From NCBI GenBank assembly GCA_034423175.1, contig DAOUJA010000017.1, positions 20,638-84,637 on the forward strand: a DNA stretch of 64,000 nt. Direction: 5' to 3'. How positions within the stretch are numbered: the first letter of the stretch is position 1; every line of letters starts with the position of its first letter. Positions 52,977 to 61,747 of the stretch are shown here, in pieces. The notes under the pieces are model-generated. The model saw only the letters and a list, made by a program, of their open reading frames with translations, made no database searches and was not told the origin of the DNA. This DNA comes from Dehalococcoidia bacterium. Its GTDB lineage: Bacteria > Chloroflexota > Dehalococcoidia > Lucifugimonadales > Australimonadaceae. The position numbers and the translations under genes were made by a program.

Positions 52977-53039
52977 GGACAATCCTGTCTCAATAGGTGG
53001 TAACATCGCTCGCGCATTCGCCACGCAAAAGGAGGCCCT

Positions 53040-53828
53040 ATGTCCCGCGAGATCGACGAGATCAAGTACGAAGTCGCAATGGCAACCCGCATCCTCTCCC
53101 ACATGGGCCTCGCCACCGGCGTGACCGCCGCCCTGGGACACGTCAGCATGCGCGTCCCCAACCAGCCCGAGCTGTTCGTGGTCAAGGGCCGGGGCTACGC
53201 CATCGACGCCCTGGAGGAGATGCAGTACTACGACATGATCGTCTGCGACCTGGACGGCTACAAGGTGGACGGCCCCGCGCGCTCCACGCAGTGCTCGGAG
53301 GTCAAGATCCACTCCTCCATCATGAAGGCGCGCCCGGACGTGAACTCGGTCGTCCACGTGCACCCGCGCAACGTCGTCCTCATGACCGTCCTCGAAGAGC
53401 CCATCCGACCGATGGCGCAGGAAGGCTCGCAGATGGTCATGGAGCAGCCCCACCCGGTCTACCCCCACACCAAGACCGTCTGGAGCCACGAGGAGGGGCT
53501 GGAGCTCGCGGAGTGCCTCGGCGACCACAAGTTCGTCCTCATGAAGGGCCACGGCGCGTCCATGACCGGCAACGACCCCCAGGACTCCGTCGTCAGCATG
53601 CTCCAGTTGGAGGAGCAGGCGCGCATGAACTACTGGGGCCTCGTCGCCAAAGGCTCGGACCACCCATACCTCTCCGACGAGCTCGTCATGGAATCATCGA
53701 ACCGCCCGCGCCAGGACGAGTACCCGCACTTCAAGGAGCTCATGCGCCGCATCGGCGGCAACCCGCCCCGCGACGGCGTCTGGAACTCCTACAAGAAGAA
53801 GGTCTCCGGCGACATGATCGCCCCGTAA
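53040..53828 (+). CDS. class II aldolase/adducin family protein
   Basis: GHVSMRV, IHSSIMKARPDVNSVVHVHP and LMKGHGASMTG. Confidence 0.8.
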   Translation: MSREIDEIKYEVAMATRILSHMGLATGVTAALGHVSMRVPNQPELFVVKGRGYAIDALEEMQYYDMIVCDLDGYKVDGPARSTQCSEVKIHSSIMKARPDVNSVVHVHPRNVVLMTVLEEPIRPMAQEGSQMVMEQPHPVYPHTKTVWSHEEGLELAECLGDHKFVLMKGHGASMTGNDPQDSVVSMLQLEEQARMNYWGLVAKGSDHPYLSDELVMESSNRPRQDEYPHFKELMRRIGGNPPRDGVWNSYKKKVSGDMIAP

Positions 53829-53882
53829 GCGGCCCTTGTCGTTCCTGCGCAGGCAGGAACCTCGCAGCCCATGTCTGTTCAA

Positions 53883-53910
53883 GGGGGCGGCCATCTGGCC
53901 GCCCCCTTCG
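53883..53910 (+). terminator. rho-independent terminator
   Basis: Perfect stem gggggcggcca/tggccgccccc with a 2-nt loop, followed by TT. Preceded by the GTTCCTGC-N4-GCAGGAAC hairpin at 53841-53860. Confidence 0.55.
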
Positions 53911-53968
53911 TCGCAGGATGCGTTGACACGACCTTCCTTACCTGACTATCCTGAAAGTAAGGGAATCC

Positions 53969-54214
53969 ATGATCATCAAGATCACATCGAAGCGCCAGGT
54001 CACGTTTCCCGCACGGGTGCTGGACGCGCTCGGCGTGTCGCCGGGTGACCGATTGGAGTTGATCGAGGGACCGGACGGTTTCATGCTCAAGCCCAAGCCC
54101 ATCGACCTGTCCAGGCTGGGCGGGCTGCGAGACAAGATAGCCCCGGACACTCCCGCGTTCGACATCCGAAAGTTCCGGGATGAAGGGTATGACCCAGCGG
54201 CGTATCGGGATTGA
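53969..54214 (+). CDS. vapB: AbrB/SpoVT-fold antitoxin (VapB-like)
   Basis: MIIKITSKRQVTFPARVLDALGVSPGDRLELIEG. Confidence 0.75.
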   Translation: MIIKITSKRQVTFPARVLDALGVSPGDRLELIEGPDGFMLKPKPIDLSRLGGLRDKIAPDTPAFDIRKFRDEGYDPAAYRD

Positions 54215-54587
54215 TACCTCCATTCTCGTGAGGCTGGTCACGGGTGACCCTCCCGACGCCTATGCGTACTGCGTGGAACGGTTGCACGCGCTCGTGGCGG
54301 GCGGCGCCGAGGTCTATGCGTCTAACCAGGTCATCGGAGAGGCTTTCATGGCAGTGCGGCATCACTATGGTGTAACGAGTGCGGATGCGTGCGCCGAACT
54401 CGCCAACACGCTCAAGAGCGGACTGGTTACCCCGCTGAATGGGCCTGCCGTTCTCGAAGCCCTCGCATCCACCGGCGGCACGGGACTCTTCGACCGGCTC
54501 ATCTCCAACGACTACCAGCGGTCCGACCTCGAGACGCTCACACTGGACCGGCAGATGGCTTCGCTGCCCGGCGCACGATTGCTCTAG
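54189..54587 (+). CDS. vapC: PIN-domain toxin (VapC-like)
   Basis: IGIDTSILVRLV (first acidic residue), VIGEAF, FDRLI and TLDRQ. Overlaps the vapB end. Confidence 0.7.
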   Translation: MTQRRIGIDTSILVRLVTGDPPDAYAYCVERLHALVAGGAEVYASNQVIGEAFMAVRHHYGVTSADACAELANTLKSGLVTPLNGPAVLEALASTGGTGLFDRLISNDYQRSDLETLTLDRQMASLPGARLL

Positions 54588-54762
54588 GACCGACAAGCTC
54601 CCCTCGCCCAGGATGAGAGGGCCAACACGGTGCCACCGCCTCCCGTAGCGCACCCTTGCCAACCTGTGGTACACTACCCCGCGATATGAATATCGCGCTC
54701 ACCACCTGCGCTTGTTGTTGTCGACCATAGGGCCGACAGTTCTCGCACGCCGACAGGAAACT

Positions 54763-54802
54763 GCGCCCTTCTCAGGAATCACGGAGAAGGGCGCTTTCTT
54801 TA
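54763..54802 (+). promoter_or_regulatory. terminator-like hairpin plus U-tract immediately upstream of the sulfite reductase RBS (attenuator candidate)
   Basis: An 11-bp perfect stem gcgcccttctc/gagaagggcgc (54763-54773, 54784-54794), then TTTCTTTA. The RBS AAAGGAGAAG and the ATG at 54819 follow within 25 nt. Confidence 0.5.
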
Positions 54803-54818
54803 TGCAAAGGAGAAGCAG

Positions 54819-56642
54819 ATGACCAGCACCGCGCCACGTCCCATCATCCGCGGCACCAAGACCGTCGACGAGAAGCTGCAGTACGACTACTCGAAGAGTG
54901 TGCTGCCCTACGTCCCCGAAGAGGTCGACGACTTCGAGACCGAGGCGACCCGCTACCTCAACGGCGAGTGGCCGTCCGAGGAGCAGTTCATCATGTATCG
55001 CCTCGTACGGGGCGTCTACGGGCAGCGGCAGCCGGACGTGCAGATGATGCGCATCAAGATCCCCGGCGGCGCGCTCACGCCCGGGCACCTCGAGGCCTTC
55101 GGCGACGTCGTCAGCCAGTACGCGCCGCTCAAGAAGGGCCACATCACCACCCGCGAGAACCTGCAGGTCCACTTCGTCAAGCTCGCCGACACCCCGCACG
55201 TCATGCGCATCCTCGGCGACGCGGGCCTCATCACCCGCGAGGCGTGCGGCAACACCGTCCGCAACGTCGCCGGCGACCCCCTCTCCGGCGTCAAGCTGGA
55301 GGAACCCTTCTACGTCGCGCCCTACCTCGCGGCCTACGCCCGCTACTTCGTCCGCCACGAGTACACCCAGGCGCTCCCCCGCAAGTGGAAGACCTCCTTC
55401 TCCAGCGGCGGCAACGACGACGTCGTCGCAGACATCCACGACCTCGCCTTCATCCCGAGGCTCCGCGAACGCGAGGACGGCGGCGAGCCGGAGAAGGGCT
55501 TCGAGATCCGCATCGGCGGCGGCACGTCCATCATGCCCCGCATCGCGTGGACGCTCTTCGATTTCGTCCCCGTCACCGAGTACCTCAAGGCGGCGGAGGC
55601 AGCCATCCGCGTCTTCCACCGCACCGACGAGCTCCGCAAGAACCGCATGCGCGCCCGCATCAAGTTCTACGTCGACCGTATCGGCATCGACGCCTTCCGC
55701 GAGGAGGTCGAGGAGGAGATGCGGGGCGACTGGGCGCAGGCCGACTTCGACCCCACGCCCTGGATGGAGCTCCCGCCCGAGATGATCGACGAGCCCCCCG
55801 CCCTCGTGCCGGTCGAGCCGCATGACGACCCGGAGTTCCTCGCGTGGCGCAGGGACAACGCCCACCCGCAGCAGCAGGAGGGCTACCACGCCGTCTACGT
55901 CACGCTGCCGCTCGGCGACATCTACGCGCACCAGTTCCCCGTGCTCGCCGACATCGGCCGGAAGTACGCGGGCGGGATCCGGGCCACCACCGAGCAGAAC
56001 ATCCTCTACCGCTGGGTGCCGGAGGGCCACCTGTTCGACGTCTGGGCCGCGCTCAGGGCCACGGGCCTCGCCGAGGACGGCGCGAACTCCATCACGGACG
56101 TCGTCGCCTGCCCCGGCACGGACAGCTGCAAGATGGGCATCACGTCCTCCATGGGAGTCGCCGAGGCGCTCCGGAACAGCATCCGCAGCCACGGCACGGA
56201 CGACCCCGGCATCAAGGACCTCCACGTCAAGGTCAGCGGCTGCCCCAACGGCTGCTCCCGCCACCACATCGCCAACATCGGCTTCCACGGCGCCGCCACC
56301 AAGGGCGACGGCAACCAGGTGCCCGCCTACGAGGTCTTCCTCGCCGGCAACTACGGCAACCAGGACCCCGTCCGCTTCGGCCACCGCGTGAAGGCCAAGG
56401 TGCCCGCCAAGCGCGTCCCCGCCTTCATGGACGGCATCCTCTCCCACTACCAGGACAACCGCGAGGAAGGCGAGTCGTTCAACGACTTCGTGGACCGCGT
56501 CGGCACCTCCCCGTTCGAGGAGCTCGCCGGACAGTTCCGCGAGGTGGGCGCCCTCAACAAGGAGAACCTGGACACCTACATCGACTGGGGCAAGTCCATC
56601 CTCTACAAGGTGGAGCGCGGCGAAGGCGAGTGCGCCGTCTAG
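54819..56642 (+). CDS. sir: ferredoxin-type sulfite/nitrite reductase hemoprotein (siroheme, 4Fe-4S)
   Basis: Cys cluster motifs ACPGTDSCKMG and SGCPNGCSRHH; duplicated NIR_SIR ferredoxin-like halves. Confidence 0.85.
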   Translation: MTSTAPRPIIRGTKTVDEKLQYDYSKSVLPYVPEEVDDFETEATRYLNGEWPSEEQFIMYRLVRGVYGQRQPDVQMMRIKIPGGALTPGHLEAFGDVVSQYAPLKKGHITTRENLQVHFVKLADTPHVMRILGDAGLITREACGNTVRNVAGDPLSGVKLEEPFYVAPYLAAYARYFVRHEYTQALPRKWKTSFSSGGNDDVVADIHDLAFIPRLREREDGGEPEKGFEIRIGGGTSIMPRIAWTLFDFVPVTEYLKAAEAAIRVFHRTDELRKNRMRARIKFYVDRIGIDAFREEVEEEMRGDWAQADFDPTPWMELPPEMIDEPPALVPVEPHDDPEFLAWRRDNAHPQQQEGYHAVYVTLPLGDIYAHQFPVLADIGRKYAGGIRATTEQNILYRWVPEGHLFDVWAALRATGLAEDGANSITDVVACPGTDSCKMGITSSMGVAEALRNSIRSHGTDDPGIKDLHVKVSGCPNGCSRHHIANIGFHGAATKGDGNQVPAYEVFLAGNYGNQDPVRFGHRVKAKVPAKRVPAFMDGILSHYQDNREEGESFNDFVDRVGTSPFEELAGQFREVGALNKENLDTYIDWGKSILYKVERGEGECAV

Positions 56643-56649
56643 CGCGCGC

Positions 56650-57024
56650 ATGGCCATCTCCCGGACGAAAGCCCTCGACTACGCGGAGCGCCTCATCAAC
56701 CGCCCGCGTGGCGACACGCCGGTCACGCTCCGCCGCAACCGGAACGGCTACACCCTGCTCCACAACCGGCGCGCGCTCACCAGGACGCACGCCTCAGGTG
56801 TGGGCGCGCTGCAGGCGCAGGCGATGGCCCTCGCCCTCGGCGTCGACCTCCCGCAGGAGGTCGGCGGCGAGGTGAGCACGAAGGTCGGCTCCGGCGTCCT
56901 CTACCGTGCGATCGGCGCGTCGTCGCTGGACCTGCGCCGCCCCGAGGCCCACGTCGTCCTTGAGCAACTCCTCGCCACCGCCGCCCTCCAGCGCGGCGTC
57001 TTCCGCACCCTGGAGATCGGGTAG
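56650..57024 (+). CDS. hypothetical protein (124 aa)
   Basis: High-GC codon pattern, starts 7 nt after the sir stop. No family recognised. Confidence 0.45.
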   Translation: MAISRTKALDYAERLINRPRGDTPVTLRRNRNGYTLLHNRRALTRTHASGVGALQAQAMALALGVDLPQEVGGEVSTKVGSGVLYRAIGASSLDLRRPEAHVVLEQLLATAALQRGVFRTLEIG

Positions 57025-57034
57025 ACGGTAATTA

Positions 57035-57796
57035 TCAGTACGCGGGAACGAGGTCGCGGAAGCGGTCGAACTCTGGGGGCAACAACCGCAGCAAGTCATC
57101 TGCCGTCATGCCATACACGTCATAGGTGAGGGAGAGATGATTCAGCACCGCCAGTAGCCGGGGCAAGCTGCCTGGAGGAGCCGCGGCATTGCTCATACCG
57201 CGCGTGCCCTCACGCAGCCGCCCAGTTCCTCTATCGGCGTACAGCAAATGCGCGAGGCGGACGACTCCCCTAGAACGAAAGACCTCCGGAGCCTGAACCA
57301 GCCGCAGTGTGAACTGGCTCATCGAACTAACAGGGTCGTTGAGCAACAGCCACGCATCCTCGCCGTGCCGCGTCCAGACATCGTAGGCGATCAGCAACCG
57401 ATGGTGAGAGCGGTCGCGCGAGTCTCGATTCACTGGATCAATCAGGTAAGCTGCCTCAGAGTATTCACCAATTCTACGCGCGCTATCCATGTCGCGTCTG
57501 GTGACCGCTTCCAAGTAAAACATCGCCAGCCACGACCACATATATGGATTATTGACGCCCCCAACAGCGGCAATAGGCTCAAGTTGCTGCGCAAGGTACT
57601 GACCTGCCTCCCTCCGATCCGCGAAGTCCCGCACCTGCACATACGCCTCCGGCTCCAAGGGTTCCGAATACCTATGGTCAGACAGCAACCCGGATGGTAG
57701 CTGCATCCACCCAATCTCGCGTATCGATTTCAGATATATCTTGGCCTGAAGCATGCCCTCTGCTGTTAGTTCACACACCACTGCACGTTCGGTCAT
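57035..57796 (-). CDS. GHKL-operon gene C, hypothetical protein (253 aa)
   Basis: ATG at 57796 lies 7 nt after the gene B stop with a GAGG SD. No motif recognised. Confidence 0.6.
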   Translation of the reverse strand: MTERAVVCELTAEGMLQAKIYLKSIREIGWMQLPSGLLSDHRYSEPLEPEAYVQVRDFADRREAGQYLAQQLEPIAAVGGVNNPYMWSWLAMFYLEAVTRRDMDSARRIGEYSEAAYLIDPVNRDSRDRSHHRLLIAYDVWTRHGEDAWLLLNDPVSSMSQFTLRLVQAPEVFRSRGVVRLAHLLYADRGTGRLREGTRGMSNAAAPPGSLPRLLAVLNHLSLTYDVYGMTADDLLRLLPPEFDRFRDLVPAY

Positions 57797-57803
57797 AGCT
57801 GCC

Positions 57804-58556
57804 TCAACGCTGGCCCAACGCGGCCGCATAGAAATCACTGGCATGGAAGTGGCGCTTCGTGAACGCCGCAACCGCCGCGTCAATCCAGTCCATTCGCGCC
57901 TCTCGCTCATCTCCGTCCCCATCGGATCCGAGCGGTTCTGCGTAAAAGCCGCGCACGAACTGCATCAATTCGCTCCAGTCGCCGCCCTCGTCATCAGGCG
58001 CGTAGTTGTCCACGACGAGCGCCCTCGTAAGCATCGCTCGCAGCACCTCCGGCATCACCAGACCCCGAAAGGCATTGTCGTGAAGAACTGCCTCGCCAAT
58101 GCCGTGGATGTTCTCGTTCACCAGTAGCGTGGGAGCACCTGTGCCGGCAAATTGCAAGCGCCAAACCTCTTTCCCTAAATCCTCTCCCTTCAACCAAACG
58201 AGTGAACCGTAGTGCTGCTCTCGGTGTGGCCTGACGCGGTTCGCCATCGCCAGCAAAACGCCCGATCCATCAGGTGTAACGACTTTAACTCGAAATGAAG
58301 GATTCACCGGCATATCCATCAGGCGACGGTCAAGCGGCGGAGCCAAGGCCCCTACTTCCCCCCATGCAAACCTGAGGGCAGCTCGTCCGCTGTACGCTTC
58401 AATGATCACCGACGCGTCGGACGGCAATTCTAGCCCGTCTAGATTTAACTCTGCCGTAAACGCTGGCGGTGCGCCATCATCCCTTTCCTCAATTCTGACG
58501 GCGACGCGCTGCTGGTCGATGCGTTTGCGCTCGGTGAAGTTAAACCTACGTATCAT
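57804..58556 (-). CDS. GHKL-operon gene B, hypothetical protein (250 aa)
   Basis: ATG at 58556 is preceded by GGAGG at 9 nt and overlaps the gene A 3' end by 11 nt. No motif recognised. Confidence 0.6.
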   Translation of the reverse strand: MIRRFNFTERKRIDQQRVAVRIEERDDGAPPAFTAELNLDGLELPSDASVIIEAYSGRAALRFAWGEVGALAPPLDRRLMDMPVNPSFRVKVVTPDGSGVLLAMANRVRPHREQHYGSLVWLKGEDLGKEVWRLQFAGTGAPTLLVNENIHGIGEAVLHDNAFRGLVMPEVLRAMLTRALVVDNYAPDDEGGDWSELMQFVRGFYAEPLGSDGDGDEREARMDWIDAAVAAFTKRHFHASDFYAAALGQR

Positions 58557-60537
58557 CGCTCGCGCCTCCACCGCCGGACCGACCATCATCAGTCCTCTGC
58601 ACGTCTACCAATAGGTCACGGCGAGCATCGAAACCCCGCACTGTCACGAAGAAAAGCGCCGGGGAGTCGATCTCCAAGAGCAACTCATTCCCCTTCTCGC
58701 CGTTCACAATTCGGCAGCCTTCTACGGTCACATCGAGCGCGCGTCCCCCATGGAGTCGAAAATCATGGGGGTTGTAGCTGGTCATTGCGTTCCCACGCGG
58801 AACCTCATAGGCAGCCCGCAGCCGAACGCGGCTGGGCGGTTTCTCAACACCTGATGCCAGCCGCAGACCAAACCCACCGTTCACCTGATGCAGGTCAAAG
58901 TCGGGGTGATGTGACGGGGGATCGGGATGGATCGGAATAGGGCCTTCCGGCGGTGCTCCATCTCGGCTCCTACGCGGTCGAGGACCGCCCCCAGCAGGGA
59001 AAATGTCAGCGAGCGCGTCCTTTTGCAGGCCCACCGGGGTCGCTTCCCAGATACTGAGGAGCGCCAATGGTGCCTCGCGGACTTGCTTGATGCGCCGATA
59101 AGGTGCTACCCACCGCTTCCCAACCCGCTCGTCCTGCGGGCGCCAGGATGTATGCGCTGGCGGCTCCGAGTCGCGCAGCATAGCCGCCAACGGCTCCTGC
59201 TCATCCACAATCAACAGTGTCCTAGCTGGGCGATGACCCAAGAAATCCTTCTCGGGTATGGAGAGCATGCCGCGAACATAGTAATCGTGCCCGCGAGGCA
59301 GCGAGTCGTCATGCTGCACGTATAACCGGAAAGACGTCTTCCGTTTGGGTTCGTTCTTCCTTTCGACCGTCATACCAACCCGAAACGCGAGCAGTTCGCC
59401 GCTGTCGTACCGAGAGCGCAATTCGGCAAGCTCTGCCCGATGTGTGTACCCTTGCGCATTCCGAGGAGGCGTACTCAGTTCCATATGCCTGTAAGCTGGG
59501 TCAAGCGCGGTTCGGCACATTTCAAATAGCCGCCGATAGCTTTCCTGGCTTCGCTCTCCACTGCTCTCCAAAGGGAGGCGTGTCAAGACTTCGTCTATCG
59601 TGTCCGCGTTGACTTCAACCGGCTCAGTGTCCTCTCCTTCATCCACTATCACCTTCAGCCGCCCCGCGATGATGGCGTAGAAGTAGTTGTGCGTCACAGC
59701 GTGCAGCACTTGCTCCCTGCTGATCTGTTCCTCCTCGTCAACGCGGGGGAAGGGAACGATCACAGACAGGCCGGGTTCCTCGCGAAAGCGTAGCCCGAAG
59801 TCGGCGATGCACTGCTCAACAAAGGATCGGTGCGCCGACTCCGACATCCGCAACGGAACAGGTAAGCCCTGTTCATCCTCTTCGGCGAAGAATCCATATG
59901 GTGCGTACCGATGTCCCTCGATAGTGTGCTTTGTAAGCACCGATTGCCCCATCAGAAGTGTCTCGCCGTCGGAGCGTCGACGCGTTACGGCGATATACGC
60001 GCTTGCGTGCGACGCGTCAGGAAACACCCACTTACCCAGCCCCCAAGAGCCGCCGTCCTCGTCTCCCTTGCCGGAACGCCCAATGTTGCGGAAGAACCAG
60101 TAAAAGTGATTGTTGTCGGCAGGCTCCTCTTCGGAGTCATCATACTGCCGCCAATCACCCTCCAGCCCGACCGTTCCAGCATCTTCCACGACTAGGTATT
60201 GCATCTCCTTGTCAGCCAGCCCACGCAACGTCGTTAGTCGACGGAAGTCGTCATCCCGGTCAAGCCCTTCCTTCAGGTGCTCATCCAATCCGTCCAAATA
60301 CTCGGATGCCCTGATTGCATCCAAGGGTTGATGAACGCCCTGCAGGGAAAACCGTACGCGAACCGGCTCGCTCGTAGAGCGATCCACACGCGCAATGCTG
60401 GCGTCGAGCGAGTTCTGCACCACCTCCCGGACGAGGCGCTCATTGAGGCTCTCTTCTGCAAACAGCTCCCGTTCCATCGGGTTCTGATTGATCTCCGCAG
60501 GTGACATCTCGCGGAAGCGCCAGTGCACATCGACCAT
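58546..60537 (-). CDS. GHKL-operon gene A, Bergerat-fold (GHKL/HATPase_c-like) ATPase with long uncharacterised C-terminal region (663 aa)
   Basis: N-box LVREVVQNSLDAS, G1 box YLVVEDAGTVGLEG and G2 box DGGSWGLGKWVF, in canonical order. The ATG at 60537 is preceded by GGGAG at 9 nt. Confidence 0.7.
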   Translation of the reverse strand: MVDVHWRFREMSPAEINQNPMERELFAEESLNERLVREVVQNSLDASIARVDRSTSEPVRVRFSLQGVHQPLDAIRASEYLDGLDEHLKEGLDRDDDFRRLTTLRGLADKEMQYLVVEDAGTVGLEGDWRQYDDSEEEPADNNHFYWFFRNIGRSGKGDEDGGSWGLGKWVFPDASHASAYIAVTRRRSDGETLLMGQSVLTKHTIEGHRYAPYGFFAEEDEQGLPVPLRMSESAHRSFVEQCIADFGLRFREEPGLSVIVPFPRVDEEEQISREQVLHAVTHNYFYAIIAGRLKVIVDEGEDTEPVEVNADTIDEVLTRLPLESSGERSQESYRRLFEMCRTALDPAYRHMELSTPPRNAQGYTHRAELAELRSRYDSGELLAFRVGMTVERKNEPKRKTSFRLYVQHDDSLPRGHDYYVRGMLSIPEKDFLGHRPARTLLIVDEQEPLAAMLRDSEPPAHTSWRPQDERVGKRWVAPYRRIKQVREAPLALLSIWEATPVGLQKDALADIFPAGGGPRPRRSRDGAPPEGPIPIHPDPPSHHPDFDLHQVNGGFGLRLASGVEKPPSRVRLRAAYEVPRGNAMTSYNPHDFRLHGGRALDVTVEGCRIVNGEKGNELLLEIDSPALFFVTVRGFDARRDLLVDVQRTDDGRSGGGGASDDT

Positions 60538-60574
60538 GGATGTGATCTCCCTTCTGAAAGTGCCAGATCGGGGG

Positions 60575-60603
60575 ATGCTAGCAATGCAGACCCATTGAAA
60601 CAA
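60575..60603 (-). promoter_or_regulatory. possible sigma-70-like promoter for the GHKL operon (TTGTTT-17 nt-TAGCAT on minus strand)
   Basis: The reverse complement of 60598-60603 is TTGTTT and of 60575-60580 is TAGCAT, with an exact 17-nt spacer about 38 nt upstream of the ATG at 60537. Confidence 0.3.
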
Positions 60604-60679
60604 CCCCTGCCCTTAGTGCGCCACGACCTGACGCCGTCTGCGGTATCATCGCGGCACCCTGCCCGTGCGGAGGCCCTCC

Positions 60680-61732
60680 ATGTCCAACCTGGAACTCTCG
60701 TTCGCCATCACCGCCTACGACCGCGTCATGCCGATAATCAACGGCGAGGTGCGACCGGACGGCATCACCCTCGACTACCAGGGGATGCCGGGGGCAGTGC
60801 CCCGTGTCTTCTACGAGCAGATCAAGTTCCACCGCTACGACGTCTCCGAGATGTCGATGTCGTCGTACCTCCGCATGCGGCCGCTCGGCTTCCCGTACCG
60901 GATGCTGCCCGTCTTCCACAACCGCACCTTTTCCTACACCAATGTCTACGTCCGCAAGGCGTCCGGCATCCGGCAGGACCACCCGGAGGACCTCAAGGGC
61001 AAACGCTTCGGCATCGGCGACTACCAGCAGTCCGTCGGACTCTGGACGCGCGGCATCCTGCAGCTGGAGTGGGGGATCAGGCCGCAGGACATGACGTGGT
61101 ACATGGAGCGCAGCGAGCACTTCAGCCACACCGGAGCGTCGAAGGACGCCGGCCTCGGCCTGCCCGAGGACCTCGACCTGCGCCACGCCACCACCGACTT
61201 CAGCTCCATGTACCTCGACGGCGAGCTCGACGCCTCGATCGGCATCGGCTCCGCGCAGGGCTCCGGCATCGACCGTATGCAGAGCGTCAACCTCATCGAC
61301 AACCCGGACTTCCCTACCCTCTTCTCCGACCCGAAGGCCGAGTCCGTCCGCTTCTTCCGCAAGCACGGCGTCTTCCCGCCGCACCACGTCACCGTCGTGC
61401 GCGAGAGCATCGTGGAGGAGCATCCGTGGGTCGCGGTGAGCCTCATGGAGGCGTTCGAGTCGTCCAAGCGGCTCGCCATCCAGCGGCTGCGCGCCATGCC
61501 GCCCACGCTCTACGTGTTCGGGCGCCAGTTCCAGCAGGAGGTCGACGGCGTGTTCGGGCCGGACCCGTTCGCCTACGGCATCACCGCGAACGCAAAGGCG
61601 TTCGACATGGCCCAGACGTTCTCCGTGGAGCAGGGACTCAGCGCCCGCAAGCAGCCGTGGGACGAGATCTTCCCGGAGGAGGTCTTCTACCGCGAGGAGC
61701 GCGCCGCGTCATCGGCGGGCGGCGGGCATTAG
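60680..61732 (+). CDS. 4,5-dihydroxyphthalate decarboxylase-like protein (PhtD/NMT1-like fold)
   Basis: LELSFAITAYDRVMPIINGEV...YDVSEMSMSSY...LPVFHNRTFSYTNVYV...DLKGKRFGIGDYQQSVGLWTRGIL matches the PhtD family pattern by eye. Confidence 0.7.
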   Translation: MSNLELSFAITAYDRVMPIINGEVRPDGITLDYQGMPGAVPRVFYEQIKFHRYDVSEMSMSSYLRMRPLGFPYRMLPVFHNRTFSYTNVYVRKASGIRQDHPEDLKGKRFGIGDYQQSVGLWTRGILQLEWGIRPQDMTWYMERSEHFSHTGASKDAGLGLPEDLDLRHATTDFSSMYLDGELDASIGIGSAQGSGIDRMQSVNLIDNPDFPTLFSDPKAESVRFFRKHGVFPPHHVTVVRESIVEEHPWVAVSLMEAFESSKRLAIQRLRAMPPTLYVFGRQFQQEVDGVFGPDPFAYGITANAKAFDMAQTFSVEQGLSARKQPWDEIFPEEVFYREERAASSAGGGH

Positions 61733-61747
61733 GTCTGCGGCACGGCA

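Noticed and set aside
56650-57024. Counting the 124-aa ORF as a fourth member of the GHKL cassette
   Set aside because: It is on the opposite strand, has host-like high G+C and is coupled to sir (7-nt gap). It more likely belongs to the sulfite reductase transcription unit.
60538-60603. Longer start for the GHKL ATPase gene (MFQWVCIASIPRSG...)
   Set aside because: No SD precedes 60603, and the candidate promoter would fall inside the ORF. The ATG at 60537 has GGGAG at good spacing. An even later start at 60507 cannot be excluded.
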